Shown: positions 60,826-64,000 of the stretch, piece after piece
Position numbering within the stretch: position 1 is the stretch's first letter
How the letters are laid out: each line of letters opens with the position of its first letter
Assembly: GCF_006345805.1 (NCBI RefSeq)
Contig: NC_042998.1
Location: 23,498,001 to 23,562,000, forward strand
Direction: 5' to 3'
From: Octopus sinensis
Lineage: Eukaryota
Length of the DNA: 64,000 bases
Position numbers and translations under genes: made by a program
Notes under the pieces: model-generated
Seen by the model: the letters and a program-made list of their open reading frames with translations, nothing else
What the model was told of the DNA's origin: nothing
Databases searched by the model: none

Positions 60826-61230
60826 AGGCGTAGGAGTGGCTGTGTGGTAAGTAGCTTGCTTATGAACCACATGGTTCCGGGTTCTGTCCCACTGCATGGC
60901 ACCTTGGGCAAGTGTCTTCTACTATAGCCTCAGGCCAACCAAAGTCTTGTGAGTGAATTTGGTAGACGGAAACTGAAAGAAGCCCATCGTATATATGTAT
61001 ATATATACGTATGTGTGTGTGTATGTTTGTGTGTCTGTGTTTGTCCCCCAACATTGCTTGACAACCGATGCTGGTGTGATTACGTCCCCGTAATTTAGCA
61101 GGTTGGCAAAAAGAGACCGATAGAATAAGTACTAGGTTTGCAAAGAATAAGTCCTGGGGGTCGATTTACTCGACTGAAGGTGGTGCTCTAGCATGGCCGC
61201 AGTCAAATGACTGAAACAAGTAAAGAGTAA
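60826..61230 (+). mobile_element. SINE family A, full length
   Basis: All modules present. Confidence 0.9.
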
Positions 61231-61271
61231 TGACAAATACATTTTGACCATTGAGCTTCTGCAGTAATATA

Positions 61272-61631
61272 TAACCATCATCATTTAATGTCCCTTTTAT
61301 TATGTTGGCATGAGTTGAATAATCCAACATGAAATGATGGATCAGAGGATTGTATTGAGCTCCAGTATCTGCTTTTACATGGTTTCTATTGTTGGATGCC
61401 CTTTCTAATGCTAACCACTTTACTTAGGGTACTGGGTACCATTTTTTTGTGGTACCAGCACTGACGCAGGCATCTAGTATCCCCAAGGCAAGACAAAACA
61501 GGACCCCTCAAATGAGGGATATGAAGTTATGATTGAGGGGCAGGAACAGGTGTCTTGCTGATGAGGTGAATACATGGCTTCCCCTTCTGGGAACATACAT
61601 ACATACATACATACATACATACGTACGTACA

Positions 61632-61662
<31 letters not shown>

Positions 61663-62129
61663 GTACATACATACACACATATACATATATATTATTCACT
61701 GTGGGACAGTTAGCTCCTCTGTCAGTTCAATAGACTTGTACTTCTTTGTAGTTAAGAGAGTTATTATTGCTTATTTCTAGCAATGTAGGTGCTACCCTGC
61801 ACTGTCAGCCACAATTAGTGACAGATGAATTCTTCCTTTTTGGTTTTATATTGTTTATAGCTGTCTTCATTAGTATATATATATATATCATCATCATTGT
61901 TTAACATCCATTTTCCATGCTAGCATGGGTTGGACAGTTTGACCGGAGTCTGGGAAGCCAGGAGGCTGCACTGCACCAGGCTCCAGTCTGATCTGGCAGT
62001 GTTTCTACATCTGGATGCCCTTCCTAACACCAACCACTCCGTGAGTGTAGTGGGTGCTTTCTACATGCCACCGGCACAGGGACCAGAGGATGCTGGCAAC
62101 AGCCACAATCGGTTGGTGCTTTTTACGTG

Positions 62130-62135
<6 letters not shown>
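61272..62135 (-). mobile_element. Two RTE-type 3' ends (61272-61592 and 61888-62135)
   Basis: Family F motifs. Confidence 0.7.
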
Positions 62136-62174
<39 letters not shown>

Positions 62175-63026
62175 GAGAGAGATGCAAGGTGTTATTAGGT
62201 GAACAGATAAGTGCACAAGAGTAAATATAGAATAACAGATGAGGACTGAGTTGGATGCAGTGAATATCAGTTTGGAGGGGGGCAAGTGAAGAAAAGAAAA
62301 CATGTTCAGGGAAGAGGATGACAAGTGACAGCTTAAGTATACCCTCTTGATAACTTCATTCACAAAGCTTGGATTCATGCAAGGCTATGGTAGATAATAT
62401 TTACTTTAGGTGCCACACAGGAGGAGAAAACCTGAACTCAAAGGACCCTGAAGTGAATTTGATAACCACATGGCCATACTATCATCATAGAGTGCAAAAA
62501 TTAAATGAAAACAGATCCTCAATAATAACCCGTGACAAAGTGACATCTCTGTCTGATACAAATATTTAAATTGGTTAACATAACACTTATGATATAAAAG
62601 GGTAAAGTTAAACAAATCAATTGTTAAATGACAGAAATATCAGCTTAGTACTGGCGACTTTGAAGTAGGCACAAAGCCTGTTGTTATTGTGAGGGAGATC
62701 TAGTCAGTTGTATTCATCGTCAGCTTTTCCAATTTTGGCAGAGATTGGATGAGACTTCTTGAGGTGGTGCTCTATGGAGATATACCCTTCCTGTAGCTAT
62801 TTGTTTGCAGGTAAAGCATTTTGTCCCTCTGGTCTTTACTTGTCAAATCTATGAGCTGTAGGATGTATTGTTTCTGTGAGCCATAACTAAACATCATTGC
62901 TGCTGAAGCAGTGTCACTGTAAAGACATGCAGAAACACACACACTTATGCATGCACACATGCACATGCACACATGCACACACACACACTAACACAACACA
63001 ACACACACACACAACAACAACACAGC

Positions 63027-63225
63027 ATCATTATCATCATCATCGTTTAATGTCCGCTTTCCATGCTAGCATGGGTTGGACGGTTCAACCGGGGTCTGGG
63101 AAGCTAGGAGGCTGCACCAGGCTCCAGTCTGATCTGGCAGTGTTTCTACAGCTTGATGCCCTTCCTAATGCCAACCACTCCATGAGTGTAGTGGGTGTTT
63201 TTTATATGCCACTGGCACTGGCTTA
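63027..63225 (-). mobile_element. RTE-type 3' end (family F)
   Basis: CATCGTTTAATGTCCGCTTTCCATGCTAGCATGGG..GATGCCCTTCCTAATGCC. Confidence 0.8.
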
Positions 63226-63699
63226 TATTGTTTCCATTTATCAAATGTCACTACAAGGCATTGGTCAACCCATGGTCATTGAAAAAGCCTCCTGTATTAG
63301 GTGTTTTGCAGTGATGTCAAGTCTGAAACCATGTGGCTGCATGGGTGCATGTGTGTATGAGCCAGTGTATATAAATGTCAGTTGAGCAACTCATAATTAG
63401 CAGCATCAGATTGAAAGATAGTGACATTGTTTACCTTCTCCAGTGAATGAGTGATTTGTAGTTCAGCGGATGTGTGAATGAAAGAGAATACCTTAGGAAA
63501 CAAATAAGTGTTGGTGGCAGTGAGAGCATCTGGCTGTGGAAGGTCAATCAAATAAATCTGTGTAAACTATGTAAGTAAAGAAATGTGTAAATTAAAATGA
63601 TGATGATGATGATCATGAGTTTTGGACCTGTCATCATTCATATCATTGGAAAACAAGTATAAGAATTATGATTCTGAAATTACTGTATTTAAAGAACAA

Positions 63700-63905
63700 G
63701 GCAGTAAACTGGTAGAAAAGTTAGTATGCTGGGCGAAATGCTTAGTGGTATTTCGTCTGTCACTATGTTCTGAGTTCAAATTCCGCCGAAGTCGACTTTG
63801 CCTTTCATCCTTTTGGGGTCAATAAATTAAGTACCAGTCGCATACTGAAGTCAATCTAATCAACTGGTTCCCTCCCGCCAAATTTCAGGCCTTGTGCCTA
63901 GAGTA
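63700..63905 (+). mobile_element. SINE family C
   Basis: GGGCGAAATGCTTAGTGG..GAGTTCAAATTCCGCC..TAAATTAAGTACCAG. Confidence 0.75.
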
Positions 63906-64000
63906 AAAGAAAAAAAAAAAGAACATCTGAAATCATTTCCATCCATTCTTTTGGTTATTTTTTTCTGCCTCATAAAACAGTTATTTGAACTTTGCTATAG

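Noticed and set aside
62170-62380. Purine-rich stretch as a possible RT remnant
   Set aside because: No diagnostic motif recovered in any frame.

Overview
AT-rich eukaryotic genomic DNA packed with cephalopod-type SINEs, LINE 3' ends, MITEs and microsatellites. The repeat complement points to an Octopus species (inference). One host gene is supported on the + strand: an F-box/leucine-rich-repeat protein of the FipoQ / C. elegans C02F5.7-like family. It has a short coding exon at 13356-13448, an ~11.9-kb phase-0 intron and a 481-bp F-box exon at 25326-25806. I found no further exon before the window ends, so most of the window is probably intronic. Mobile elements include: a 5'-truncated but stop-free RTE LINE with a PHD finger inside its RT; a second RTE 3' end whose 3' UTR has expanded into a hierarchical tandem array; two R4/Dong-type RLE 3' ends in a (TAA)n tract; mariner (DD34D-type) and maT (DD37D) remnants; piggyBac, pogo and Helentron-like MITEs; and several tRNA-headed SINE families. 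The most unusual item is a composite element at 13519-14420 (-): tRNA-like Pol III head, (AAT)n spacer and a tail carrying a Penelope-type minimal hammerhead ribozyme. A second hammerhead-bearing tail lies at ~43.9 kb. Repeat boundaries were read by eye and are approximate unless TIR/TSD or splice sites are quoted. Family names come from remembered motifs, not from database searches.
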